Shown: positions 20,875 to 31,985 of the stretch, one piece after another | How the letters are laid out: each line of letters starts with the position of its first letter | Position numbering within the stretch: the stretch's first letter is position 1 | NCBI RefSeq assembly: GCF_001194135.2 | Contig: NC_068990.1 | Coordinates: 92,046,036 to 92,087,711, forward strand | Length of the DNA stretch: 41,676 bases | Direction: 5' to 3' | From: Octopus bimaculoides | Lineage: Eukaryota | Program-made: the position numbers and the translations under genes | Notes under the pieces: model-generated | Databases searched by the model: none | Told to the model about the DNA's origin: nothing | Seen by the model: the letters and a program-made list of their open reading frames with translations, nothing else

Positions 20875-21203
20875 CTTTGAACATCATTAGTGGCTTCAGA
20901 TGAAAACTCCTTTGATTTCAAATGGACACTTGATAGTGAACCTTCACCTCTTACTAGTTCACTCTTCTTTCTCTGCATTGATGTCGAAGAAGACATGTGC
21001 CGTCTTGATTTAAACATTAACTTGCTATTATGAAACGAACCTTCGGCTGACCATGTGTGGTTATGATTTAAATGAAGCAATGAACGTTGCTTATCATTAC
21101 CACTGGACACAGATCGGCTTAAGCCAGTTTTAACCGCATCTTTCTTGTCATATAGGGAGTTACTTTTGACTGGTTTGGAGAAGATGGCAGGTGAAATTGA
21201 AGA
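20875..21203 (-). CDS. AGBL5: Probable AGBL5 tail exon (SSISPAIFSKP...EATNDVQ)
   Basis: ctgttcccag|TCT...CAAAG|gtaatt; 329 nt, phase 0-2, open. Confidence 0.75.
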
Positions 21204-21295
21204 CTGGGAACAGAAAAAAATTGACACTCAAGTAATCAAGACAAATCTAAAGTAAAAAATTAAATTTTCTCTATAGAAAAATAGACAGCAGTAAA

Positions 21296-21447
21296 GACTC
21301 TAAAACCACTTCATATATTCATACAGAACCAGGTGAAAAGACAAACAGACAAATAAACCAGCAAAAGATTATTATTCAAAAATTTTTTCCAAGTTTATTT
21401 ATCTTTTCACCTGACACTGTATGAATAGATGAGGTGGTTTTAGAGTC
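21296..21447. repeat. 50-bp imperfect inverted repeat, 52-nt spacer
   Basis: arms 21296-21345 and 21398-21447, about 6 mismatches. Confidence 0.9.
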
Positions 21448-21534
21448 AAGTTTTAATTGCTATCTCTGGCATGATGGTATCTCTTAGATACTCTTAATTA
21501 TAATTTTAATAATTAATACCTATAAGCACCATTC

Positions 21535-21772
21535 AAGTGTTATCATTGCCAGTGCCGCCTAACTGGCACTCATGCCGGTGGCATGTAAAAAGCATGCATT
21601 ACACTCCCGGAGTGGTTGGTATTAGGAAGGGCATCCAGCTGTAGAAACTTTGCCAGATCAGATCAGAGCCTGGTGCAGCCTTCTGGCTCGCCAGTCCTCA
21701 GTCAAGCCGTCCAACCCATGCCAGCATGGAAAGTGGACATTAAACAACAATGACGACGATGGTGATGATGAT
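21535..21772 (+). mobile_element. Family B
   Basis: core and (GAT)n tail. Confidence 0.85.
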
Positions 21773-22057
21773 TTCCGTGTTGTCTTGGGTTGAATAGCTT
21801 AACAGGATTCACCGAACTGCAAGGCTGTGTCAAACCCTAATATCAGTTTTGGCATGGTTGCTATAACTGGATGCTCTTCCTAACACCAACCACTTTACAG
21901 TAGGTGCTGGGTGCTTTCTTTCATGCCACCTTACACTTGTGGGGTCACCAAAGTAACTTGTAAGACAGAAAGAGGAGCAATTTCAATTTGAAGCAGTAAT
22001 TTCTGTGTGTGTGTGCCAAGGGGCTTAGAAACACATTTTTGAAATTATAATACTTAC

Positions 22058-22350
22058 GTTTTTGGAGATATCTGACTTTGCTCTCTGAAGTTTAGAGTCA
22101 ATGGGTTTATTCCGAGATGTAAGCCTAGTGGTGTGCTTTGGAACACTTTCAGAACACACATTGTAACTAATGGGGTTAATTTTGTTGTGCTGAAGCCGTG
22201 TACTTCTCAGACTAGCCAAACTTGGTGACTCAGTGCTGTTGGGAAGAGTGAAAGAACCTGAAACTTTGGTTTCAGATGTCGTAGACTCTTCTTCCTTTTT
22301 GTTGTTTGCTACATTGCATTTTCGGGAACAAGATGTTAACCGGGAAGAAA
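22058..22350 (-). CDS. AGBL5: Probable AGBL5 tail exon (VSSRLTSCSRK...RAKSDISKN)
   Basis: ttccttccag|TT...AAC|gtaagt; 293 nt, phase 1-0, open, Ser/Lys-rich. Confidence 0.75.
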
Positions 22351-22584
22351 CTGGAAGGAGGAAGAAACGAACACGAGATATTACTACAATTTCAGTCGTC
22401 AATAAATTCGTGAATAAATTCGAATTTCAGTTCGACTATACCTCTGTATGTGTGTGTATACACGCACATATATACACATACATATATGTATACTACACAT
22501 ATACACAAACAAACACATGCACACAATATATATATGTGTGTGTGTGTGTGTACTATATTAAAACAGTTTGATTCGGTTTCCATA

Positions 22585-22815
22585 CAAGAACACGTGCCAG
22601 TGACACATAAAAGCACCCATGTGACATGCAAGAGGCACCCACTACGTTCTTAGAGTGGTTGGCATTAAAAAGGACATCCAGCTGCAGAAACCAATCCAAA
22701 TTCAGACTGGAACCTGGTACAGCTTTCCATCTCACCAGTTCCAGTCAAGCCATCTAACCCATGCCAGCATGGAAAATGGACGTTAAACGATGATGATGAT
22801 GATGATGATGATGAC
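22585..22815 (+). mobile_element. Family B
   Basis: core and (GAT)n tail. Confidence 0.85.
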
Positions 22816-23067
22816 AGACACACAGCTGAGTGGTTAAGAAGTGACTTGTCTTAGTTGAATGAAGGGGTGGACCAGAGGCAATCACAGGTGAGTAGGTATG
22901 GAAGGACAAACCAAAGGCAGTCACAGGTGAGTGAGTATCAAAAAAGTTACTCAGTAGAATAGATTTTCCAGTGGACCAAATCACACCGATTAACCCAGTG
23001 TTTTCCTGTAACTTGTGGAATTAACTGAGGGAGGGGACCAAGAAAAAAAAAGCAAGAGAAATCCTAC

Positions 23068-23204
23068 CATCTTTTAATGGACGCAGTTCTTTCTTGCCAG
23101 AGTTGAGATTTTTTGAAACTGTTTCTGATGTTGTTGAGAGTGAGTTTAATAAAATACTGTCATTAGAGTTGATTTTGTTACGTGAAGAGGAGAAATGAGA
23201 AAAG
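23068..23204 (-). CDS. AGBL5: Probable AGBL5 C-terminal tail exon (FSHFSSSRNK...KKELRPLKD)
   Basis: ctttttcag|C...GATG|gtagga; 137 nt, phase 2-1, open; phase chains with the next exon; no homology support. Confidence 0.65.
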
Positions 23205-23699
23205 CTGAAAAAGAGAGAAATCATGTAAGTCTAAAATGTAGCAAAGAAGACAAGCAAAAAGAAAAACAGATAAATATAAATATATCAAACCAAAAAAAGA
23301 TCAAGTAGAAAACTTGTTTCCATGGATATTGAAAGAAAGAACTGCTGCCATCAGACATAAGGAGATCTATAGGATTCTAAAGATGAGAATTTATAGATAA
23401 GATGTCATTATTTTTTATAAGTTAGTGAATGGAGGAGAGTCTGCCTCTCAGACTATGGTACTGGTGTAGGTGGGGTTTAGTTTGAATTTCCGTGGTTCTG
23501 TGTCTGCAGGGAAAGAATTACAAGGATGGAATTCTAAGGAGCTTCTGTTCTAGGAAAGAAGGATTGTAAGAAATGTCAAGTGTGGGATCTGGGAGGTGAG
23601 ATACAGTAAGGAGAAGGGTATGTGGCTAAGTGCTAAGTGGAGAAGGGTATGTGGCTAGCTAAATGAAGAGAAAAGAGATTAATGTCTCTGTTGTTAAAA

Positions 23700-23836
23700 C
23701 AGTGTTTTAAAAACAAAAAATGGGAACCAAACACTGCAATACTGATGGAAGAAGTGTGTGGACCACAAATGAGACTCTCCTGAAAAATAAACTTCACTTG
23801 GTCACATTCGATAAGAGTGTCTTGGTCAGCCTATGA
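23700..23836 (+). mobile_element. Mariner transposase 3' end remnant
   Basis: WKKCVDHK*DSPEK* resembles the mariner C-terminal W.KCV...G.Y.EK motif. Confidence 0.6.
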
Positions 23837-23872
23837 TAGAATATTAGGAAGTTTATTCACCAATTCTTGTTT
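23834..23872 (-). repeat. 39-nt exact copy of Tc1 transposase segment 20037-20075 at a gap edge
   Basis: TGATAGAATATTAGGAAGTTTATTCACCAATTCTTGTTT identical at both sites. Confidence 0.9.
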
Positions 23873-24382
23873 NNNNNNNNNNNNNNNNNNNNNNNNNNNN
23901 NNNNNNNNNNNNNNNNNNNNNNNNNNNNNNNNNNNNNNNNNNNNNNNNNNNNNNNNNNNNNNNNNNNNNNNNNNNNNNNNNNNNNNNNNNNNNNNNNNNN
24001 NNNNNNNNNNNNNNNNNNNNNNNNNNNNNNNNNNNNNNNNNNNNNNNNNNNNNNNNNNNNNNNNNNNNNNNNNNNNNNNNNNNNNNNNNNNNNNNNNNNN
24101 NNNNNNNNNNNNNNNNNNNNNNNNNNNNNNNNNNNNNNNNNNNNNNNNNNNNNNNNNNNNNNNNNNNNNNNNNNNNNNNNNNNNNNNNNNNNNNNNNNNN
24201 NNNNNNNNNNNNNNNNNNNNNNNNNNNNNNNNNNNNNNNNNNNNNNNNNNNNNNNNNNNNNNNNNNNNNNNNNNNNNNNNNNNNNNNNNNNNNNNNNNNN
24301 NNNNNNNNNNNNNNNNNNNNNNNNNNNNNNNNNNNNNNNNNNNNNNNNNNNNNNNNNNNNNNNNNNNNNNNNNNNNNNNNNN
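23873..24382. other. Assembly gap (510 N), probably hides an AGBL5 exon
   Basis: direct; exon loss inferred from the phase mismatch 25541 (0) to 23204 (2). Confidence 1.
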
Positions 24383-24954
24383 TGTGTGTGTGTGTGTGTG
24401 TGTGCATGCATGCGCGCGTGTGTGTGTGTGTGTGTATCTTATATGGCACAAATTTTACTCATCCAAATTATTAAATTACTTTGGTAATATCAAGGCTTGT
24501 ATAAAGCCACACATTTCATGCAGAATATGTTTCTCCTAATATACATCCTCAGCCAAGCACACATCCATATCTATCTATCCATCTATCAGCTGGGATTTGA
24601 GGATGACGAATGGTCATGGAGAGAAAAGGGTCAGGATGAATCAGTGCATCATAATAATAGTAACACACTCACTCTCACTGACACTGAGAAGAAATGGTAT
24701 TATTAAGAGGGGTCACTGAATAAGGAAAACTTACGGGGGAGAGAGGTGGGGGGTACTACACAAAGTAAACCCAACAAAGGGACCGGTTATTGTAATAGAC
24801 AACTATACTGTCAAAATGGCCTTCTACTCTCTTCTCTCTCTGAGCATCTTATTAATACACTGTTTGTGCCACATCCAAACGTTTGCTTGCTTTTTTTCTT
24901 TTATCCTGCGTTTCTTTTAATTGACTATACACACACACACACGTGTGCGCACAA

Positions 24955-25150
24955 GTGGCAGATACTGGTGTCACGCAAATGACACCCATGCCAGTGGTGC
25001 ATAAAAGTAGTTGGTGTTAGGAAGGGCAACCAGCCGTAGAAACTATGCCAAATCAGACTGGAGTCTGGTGCAAACTTACAGCCTGCCAGCCCTGGTCAAA
25101 CTGTCCAACCCATGCCAGCATGGACAATAGACATTAAAAGATGATCATGA
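24955..25150 (+). mobile_element. Family B
   Basis: core and 3' end. Confidence 0.8.
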
Positions 25151-25540
25151 TATATATTACATATATATAATATATATACACGCACACACACTCACATAAA
25201 TATTATATATATAATACGCACGCAAACATATTTTAATCAACGTTTTCAGTATTATAGATACATTTCAGCCAATCTTATCAATCAGTTTTACACTGGTATT
25301 AAATAACCAGATATTAGATAACAGCACAGTTAACCATGTGTTCTTCAGAGATGGCAGGTGTGTGTGTGTGTATGCATGTCTGTATGTAGGTATGCATATC
25401 TGTATGTCTGAAAGTATGTATGTATATATGTGTATGTGTGTGTGTATATATGTGTATATGTGTGTGTGTGTGTGTGTGTATATAATCATACCAGTAGATA
25501 GATATATTTAGAACCAAAGAATGAATGAACTAAAACTTAC

Positions 25541-25676
25541 ATCTTCATAGATGCTGGGAGTATATTTCGGAGGAATACCAACAACAGGAGTTGGAGAAGC
25601 TCTGCCTTTGTCCCCGTAAGCTGGGGGAACGGCATTCATAACTTTACCAGTGTTGTAATTACACTCTAGGGTATAG
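25541..25676 (-). CDS. AGBL5: AGBL5 exon with catalytic Glu (SYTLECNYNTGKVMNAVPP...KYTPSIYED)
   Basis: tttttgcag|C TAT...GAT|gtaagt; 136 nt, phase 2-0; YTLE general-base motif. Confidence 0.97.
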
Positions 25677-26126
25677 CTGCAAAAAAACCCAAAAAAACTC
25701 TGTACTAAAATCAAAACAATAAACAAAAGAAAATACAGACTGGAAGAACAACAGAATGGCAGAACTTTACACATGGAATAGGACTTGAAAAGGATCTGAA
25801 AGGAATGGAGATGGTAATCCTAAAAAAACTCGCTCAAGCCAGGGAGCATCCTTAGCACCAGAATGGAGATCTTCGGGCCATGTTTGCACTTACGGAAATT
25901 CCTGCTAGTAGTTTGGAATCCGCAAGATAGCGGCACAGCCAGAAGACAATAGACAATGGCAAAGAAAGATAATCCCCTTGTTTACATTCATAATGGGACC
26001 TTTCCCCTCTTCATATTTTGAAGAGGTCTTAGGCCATAAGGGTTTGGGGTCTGATGATATGCCATAAAAGTAAGCCCTTTATGGACGGGAAACCCAGGAT
26101 AATCCCATAAACCAGCCTTCCCCAGT

Positions 26127-26175
<49 letters not shown>

Positions 26176-26269
26176 GTTATGTGTTACTGTCTATAGCTAT
26201 TTGACTCCCTCTGTAGCTATCTGTATGCACCTGTAATTAGTTGGTTTGCAGTGTAATTGCACCTGTATA

Positions 26270-26645
26270 TGTCATGTGATAGTATATGGGTGCATCATGT
26301 CATAAAGTATGGTAGTTAGATGTGACATTTCACATGTGGTGGTACCTGGTTTGTCATGCTATGTGTAATAATAATAGCTAGGTGTATATGTATCACATGT
26401 GGTGGTAGTTAAGGGGGTCATGTCACATGTAGTGGTAGCAAAGTGTGTCATGTCACATGGGAAATAGTTGGAGGAGTTATATCACATGGAGGTACCTGGA
26501 TGCATGATGTCAGGTGTGTTGTCATGCCACATGTGATAGTACCTGGATGTGACATGTCACATGGTGGTTGGGTGGATCATATCATATGTGATAATATCTG
26601 AGTGTACCATGCCACATGTTGTGATAGCTAGGTATGTCATGTCAA
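26270..26645. repeat. Degenerate ~30-bp minisatellite rich in CACATG
   Basis: CACATG at 26331, 26394, 26424, 26454, 26483, 26528, 26558, 26613. Confidence 0.8.
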
Positions 26646-26707
26646 ATACAGAAGGTAAACAGGTGACACCGATAAGGTCAGTAAAGATGAAGAAAGGTTT
26701 CTTGTAC

Positions 26708-26877
26708 CTGTGAATGATACCTGTACACTTATGAATAGCTACACGTCCACTTCCTTCTTTCGAGAGTCCATCACGTTTGTCTCTGATGTACATGTTGCGT
26801 TGAGAAAAATTGCAGGCATCAAATTCAAAATGTGCTGAATTCAGAGACACTAACTTTGGATAGAGCATATTTTGTAT
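26708..26877 (-). CDS. AGBL5: AGBL5 exon ([56 protein letters not shown])
   Basis: atatttcag|ATA...CACAG|gtacaa; 170 nt, phase 0-2; SKEGSGRV motif. Confidence 0.97.
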
Positions 26878-26944
26878 CTGAAATATATAAGTGTATATGT
26901 GTGGGTAGATATATATATACATATATAGATATAGTTGGAATTTA

Positions 26945-27065
26945 CAAAAAAAACAAAAGACGAAGACGGGTGTGTAAACAACAAACAGGTGTATTAGTCT
27001 AACGCTTGGGAAGTAAGAAAGTCTTTTATGTTTCGAGCCTACGCTCTTCAACAGAAATAAACAGG
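26945..27065 (-). mobile_element. Penelope-type repeat fragment with a variant hammerhead-like motif (27023-27057)
   Basis: TTT CTGTTGA A GAGC-GTAG-GCTC GAAAC ATA AAAG; Penelope assignment is inference from the motif. Confidence 0.45.
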
Positions 27066-27130
27066 GAGAGAAAATAAATAGGGTTTAGTACACATATATA
27101 CTTAGAGAAAGAGAGATAAATAGAGAGAGG

Positions 27131-27210
27131 GAGAAACAACATGGAGAAACATGTATGAGAAACAACATGGAGAAACATGTATGAGAAACAACAGGGAGAA
27201 ACAACATGTA
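27131..27210 (+). repeat. 26-bp tandem repeat, about 3 copies
   Basis: GAGAAACAACATGGAGAAACATGTAT. Confidence 0.85.
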
Positions 27211-27440
27211 CAGGAAGTGGTGAGGAAAGGAAATACATGTAGTCTGTTGGTGATGATGATGAGGTGGAAGAGAAGAGAGAGGAAGCAGCTGATGATGTTG
27301 GCAGTTACAATGATGAGGAAGCAGATGAGAGAAATAATAATGATAAATGTAAAACATTTTTATGTGAACTAGAGAAATAAATGTCAATTAATTGTAATTT
27401 ATACTGAAAATAAGTATGTTAACCACTCCTTGATGCTCAC

Positions 27441-28580
27441 CTGTGAATCGTCAGCTTCCAAGAAGTTTCCATAGATGAAACAGCCTTTACGAGAGGCATG
27501 GCCATGTAAGTCAATATAGAAAGCAATGCCACTGTGTTGGGGCAGTATTTTTCGGAATGCACTGTTATTGAGATGAGCAGAAGAAGGAACGTTATTTGGC
27601 GGCAATGTATGATATCTGTCATGGTCTTCATCAGAACCATCATTTCTTGAGTTTGTTCTTTCTCCGTCTGATTTACAATTGCATTCAACAGATTCTGAGT
27701 GAATCCTACATGCATCTGTCTGGGTTATTTCAGAGTTAGTTCCATTTGAAATTCTCAATGATTCTAAATGCATTGTTAATTCAGAATCAATGGCATTTGT
27801 CTGCTCTTCAGTTTTTGCTGAGTATTCTTTATTTAATGAACCATTCTTGATGCCTTTAGGGTCCGAAGAGTCTTCAGAATCAGATCTGCTGCCACTCGTT
27901 TGACTACACAAATTTATTGATTTTACAGCTTGGGAGTTGCAAGCATTTAACTTGTTCTGAGTCATCCTATCATAAGTGGAGAATGAATGAGGTCTCTTTG
28001 GCAAATCACCATCATATAAGTTCCGGCATTTATAACGAGACGCTAATAGGCATGCTTTGTAAGTGAGTTCTCGATGAGACAACCCTGATCTAGCTGCATG
28101 AAGTGATTGGGTGATTTGGCATAAACCAATGTTAGTAATTTCAGGGAACTTAATAATGGAATTGGTATCAATGGTTTTAGTAGTGCTTGTACTACTGGTG
28201 GTAGTAGTGGTAGAGGTGGTGTCAGTTTGTTTGGGTAATATATCTGTTGGAGGAAACTTGATGTCTTTGTACATGTCTTTCTTTAGCCGATAGTTGACGT
28301 GGTAATAAATTATGATGCTTTTGGCAGCATATATGGACGGATTGAGTTCAAAGCTAGGGTCCCCGTACACTCTGTTTAAGTTCACCCCACGTGTGTCTGT
28401 CCGGTAATGACCATTCATGACACCATCTGGATTTAATATTGGAATCAACTTGAAGACAAACTGCTTTCGTAGTTGAATTGACCGAGGATCATCAAGTCGA
28501 AGGATAAAATTTAAGAAACCATTAAATACAAAGCTGGAAGGAGTTTCACCTGGGTGGACACGACTCGTTACTACAAACAC
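27441..28580 (-). CDS. AGBL5: AGBL5 large catalytic exon, 380 codons (RVHPGE, NPDG, GVNLNR, DLHGH) with a long low-complexity insertion
   Basis: ttctccag|GTG...TCACAG|gtgagc; 1140 nt, phase 0-0; M14 zinc ligands H (28556), E (28547), H (27506). Confidence 0.97.
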
Positions 28581-28914
28581 CTGGAGAAAAGAAAATTGAT
28601 ATAATTAATTGTTGTGAAATATAATAGAAAAAAACAAATGGTTATTAGATTAAATATTAATAAGAATAAACTGTTTTTAAGGGAAACAATGAAAGTGTTT
28701 TCTCTTGTCTTGGCACAAGGCCTTAAATTTCTAGTGATCAGAAGTGGTATACTGCGACATTTATACTTTACTTAATTGTATTAATTAGCAGTTAATGAAG
28801 TGAAACCAAGGAAACTAACAACAGAAACTCAGCTAAGCTGATATTCACATTTACTGTAAGCTACTGCACACACAAAGTCAGTTAATAAGGATTTGTAACA
28901 TTTTGTCTCTTAGG

Positions 28915-29070
28915 CACAGGTAGAGCTGTGTGTTTAGAAGTTTGCTTCCAAACCCTGTGGTTTTGGATTTGGTTTTACTGTGTGGTACCTTGAGCAAGTG
29001 TTATCTTCTACTATAGACCCAGGTTGACCAAAGCCCTGTGAGTAGATTTGGTACATGTGTGTGGGGGGAG
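28915..29070 (+). mobile_element. Family C, decayed; further copies near 17020-17135 (+), 29380-29530 (-), 31040-31155 (-)
   Basis: GTACCTTGAGCAAGTG...GACCAAAGCCCTGTGAGTAGATTTGG. Confidence 0.75.
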
Positions 29071-30184
29071 GGGTGCATATTTGGGTTACTAAGAGGAGAG
29101 AGTGCAGTGGTCATGACCTTTCTGGAAGGTCTCATGACTGCTGGGAGGGAGAGAAGAGGAAACCATCACTTACAGCTTACTATAAGAAGAAGCAATACAC
29201 CAAGATACCAAGTTATCCACAGAGAGAAGACCAGCACTAAATACTAACAACATAGTAGACTCTGGTAAAGGTATACAAGGACAAAGAGGTGGTAACACTG
29301 ATTGTGGTGGTGGTGGTGGTGGTGCTAGTGCTAATCTGGCCAATGGATTAAGTTTCCATTCATAAAAGCTGGTTTATCTGACAGATTTCCACCCAATCTA
29401 CCCAGTTTTACTTACAAGCTTTAGGTTGATCCAAAAGCTATGGCAGAAGACAAATGTCCAAAGGGATGCACAGTGGGATTGAACCAGTGACCCTGCAATT
29501 ACTAAGTGAACTTTTCTTGACCACATGGACCATGCCTATGCAAGAGTCATAAAATCATACCAGATTACAAGATATGCAATAGGTGTCACATTTTCCAGGA
29601 AAGTTACCTGGAGACTAGACTGCTGTCCTATTCACTTATTAATAACTACAGCCATGTTCCATACCATGGAGACATTTGATTTGATCAAAGTGTTTTATAA
29701 AAACACAAGATCAACAAGTGAGTGTATCAGATTCAGAATTTCACTTGTAAGTGGTACCTGAAATTTGTACAAGCTAAACAGTTTGACTGACTGACTGACT
29801 TGGCTGTCAGGAAAACACTGATGTATAGAAAATATTAAACGAAGCAAACCCAGGCATAATTAAACTGTCAGTAAAGGTGATGTTAATTAATTTTTCTGAC
29901 AGCACCATCAGACATTTATGTTGTTTTATCTGGAATGATCTGAAAAGTTTAGTGGTCAGAATTATTATAAAACCAGGTAAATTTGTGTCATGACAAGAGG
30001 TAAATTCTTTGCAAAACTATCAGCGCATCACAGAACTATCTTCTTCATTTATTTATATATTCTTATAACAAATATATATTACAAGTGTTAACCCTTTAAT
30101 TACTGTTTCTGTTGAAATATATTTTGTTCATTTCAATTAATTGAGTAAATGATGAATAATTTAGTAAAACTATTATTTATAATT

Positions 30185-30520
30185 TCTTTCTAACTCAGGT
30201 TTTGTTGGAGCTCCTGGTGTCTTGCATGCATAGCAGGCTTGCTACCCGCAGCCTACGGTACCATGCCATTTGTTCTTTTCAGCTCTCTAATACTTTCCTG
30301 ATTATTCTGGCCATGCCAAGGAGGCAAAGCTTTTGCAACAGTTCTACTGGGGACTCGATTCCAATTTCCTTTATATTCCTCTTGATGCCTTCTGATACTG
30401 TCCCCCAAGGACCCAACAATAATTGGCTCTATCTTCACCTTCTTCATTTTCCATAGCCAGGCTATTTCATACTTAAGAGCACTGTATTTATCTATCTTTT
30501 CGCCTTCCTTCTTGAGTAAT
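30185..30520 (-). mobile_element. Second R4/Dong-like LINE 3' fragment, different subfamily
   Basis: KKEGEKIDKYSALKYEIAWLWKMKKVKIEPIIVGSLG / TVSEGIKRNIKEIGIESPVELLQKLCLLGMARIIRKVLES* with one frameshift; stop at 30279-30281. Confidence 0.8.
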
Positions 30521-30704
30521 AGTTAGATTTCTCCCACATGCAATAGCAGCTGCTCAACAGAACTCCACAAATTAGCAATGCTTGGACACTGCACAAATGT
30601 GTGCAGTGTGTGCAGATTGCCTGCAAACATCTCAAGCAATCCCATCTGGCAGCCCTTCCATGCCAACAACAATAACAATAACAACAACAATAATAAATGC
30701 TTAC

Positions 30705-30885
30705 TCTTTTCTCTTTAAATTTCTTGCACCTTGGCTGGTTTTTAATGGGGAAAAGTTTTGGATCAAAGTGAGGTTCCTCCTCATCGATGATGTTATGGAA
30801 TGATGAAACGGTTATTAGACTGACCTCCAACTTCTCCAGGGAGTAACACAGCAGCTCTCGGTAGAAGTAAACGGTATCTTCTGCA
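30705..30885 (-). CDS. AGBL5: AGBL5 exon (AEDTVYFYRELLCYSLEKLEVSLITVSS...PRCKKFKEKR)
   Basis: ttgtatcag|T GCA...AGA|gtaagc; 181 nt, phase 2-0. Confidence 0.96.
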
Positions 30886-31237
30886 CTGATACAAGAAACA
30901 AAGAACAAAGATAAATCTCTATCCAAATTCTTATAAATATACATCACAATACCAACAAGAACATGATAGAAAACTATCATGACAAAGATAGCGACCATCT
31001 TGAATTTTTAGCTGAGCTCCACAGGTAAGTAAAGGTAAAGTCAGCTGGAACTATCAAAAAAAATATCTGCCCAAGGTGCTTTGGAGTGGGATTGAACTGA
31101 ATATCATATGGTTGGGAAGTGAGCTTATTAGCTACACAGCTATGCCTGCACCTAATTAGAGTGTTTTAAATATCGAGACATAATTTGTACCAAAAAAAAA
31201 AAAAAAGATTAAAAAGCAACATAATGAAATAACTTAC

Positions 31238-31410
31238 ATGTTTTCAACAGAAGATATATTTTTACAGTAACTAAATCTCTCTTCCAACTCATTGATGTTG
31301 TTCTGACATTCAATGTAGGAATGTGGGTAAGCAAAAGCAAAGTATGTTGTAGCACCTTTGATTTCCGTGAACCGATGAAAGAATGACAGAATAAATTGGC
31401 CATCAATAGT
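31238..31410 (-). CDS. AGBL5: AGBL5 exon (TIDGQFILSFFHRFTEIKGATTYFAFAYPHSYIECQNNINELEERFSYCKNISSVEN)
   Basis: ctttgtag|ACT...AACAT|gtaagt; 173 nt, phase 0-2; YFAFAYPHSY motif; absent from the ORF track. Confidence 0.95.
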
Positions 31411-31779
31411 CTACAAAGAAGAAAAGACATTTATTTAGAAACTTATTAACTCCTTCTCCTCCACTTCCTCTTCCTCCACTTCCTCTTCCTCCCCATCGCC
31501 ACCACTATTTCTGCCTCACCCTCACCACCACCACCACCACCATCATTACTGCTGCCACCATCATTGTTCTAATGTCCACTTTTCCATGCTTGCATGGAAT
31601 TTGCTGAGAGAGATTCTTTTATAGCCTGATGTCCTTCTGTCGCGAACCCTCCCCCGTTTTCATGTAAGGCAACATTTCCATTTGGCCAGACACTGCTTGT
31701 ATGGTGGTGACACTCGCTACTATGCAATGTCAAGACAAACATACACACACATCAACACACAAACATATATACACACGCA

Positions 31780-31985
31780 TATCATCATCATCATCATCGT
31801 CATCGTTTAACGTCCGCTTTCCATGCTAGCATGGGTTGGACGATTTGACTGAGGACTGGTGAAACCGGATGGCAACACCAGGCTCCAGTCTGATTTGGCA
31901 GAGTTTCTACAGCTGGATGCCCTTCCTAACGCCAACCACTCAGAGAGTGTAGTGGGTGCTTTTACGTGCCACCGGCATGAACCCA
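31780..31985 (-). mobile_element. Family B, young copy; a short + copy tail follows (31980-32030)
   Basis: near-identical to 39145-39335. Confidence 0.88.

Noticed and set aside
23340-23620. Possible L1 RT remnant on -
   Set aside because: Only a weak SLRGR-like echo with many stops; not supportable.
28509-28511. AAT (Asn) where I recall Asp in human CCP5, as a restorative A-to-I site
   Set aside because: DNA alone cannot show editing, and the substitution is ordinary; needs RNA-DNA comparison.
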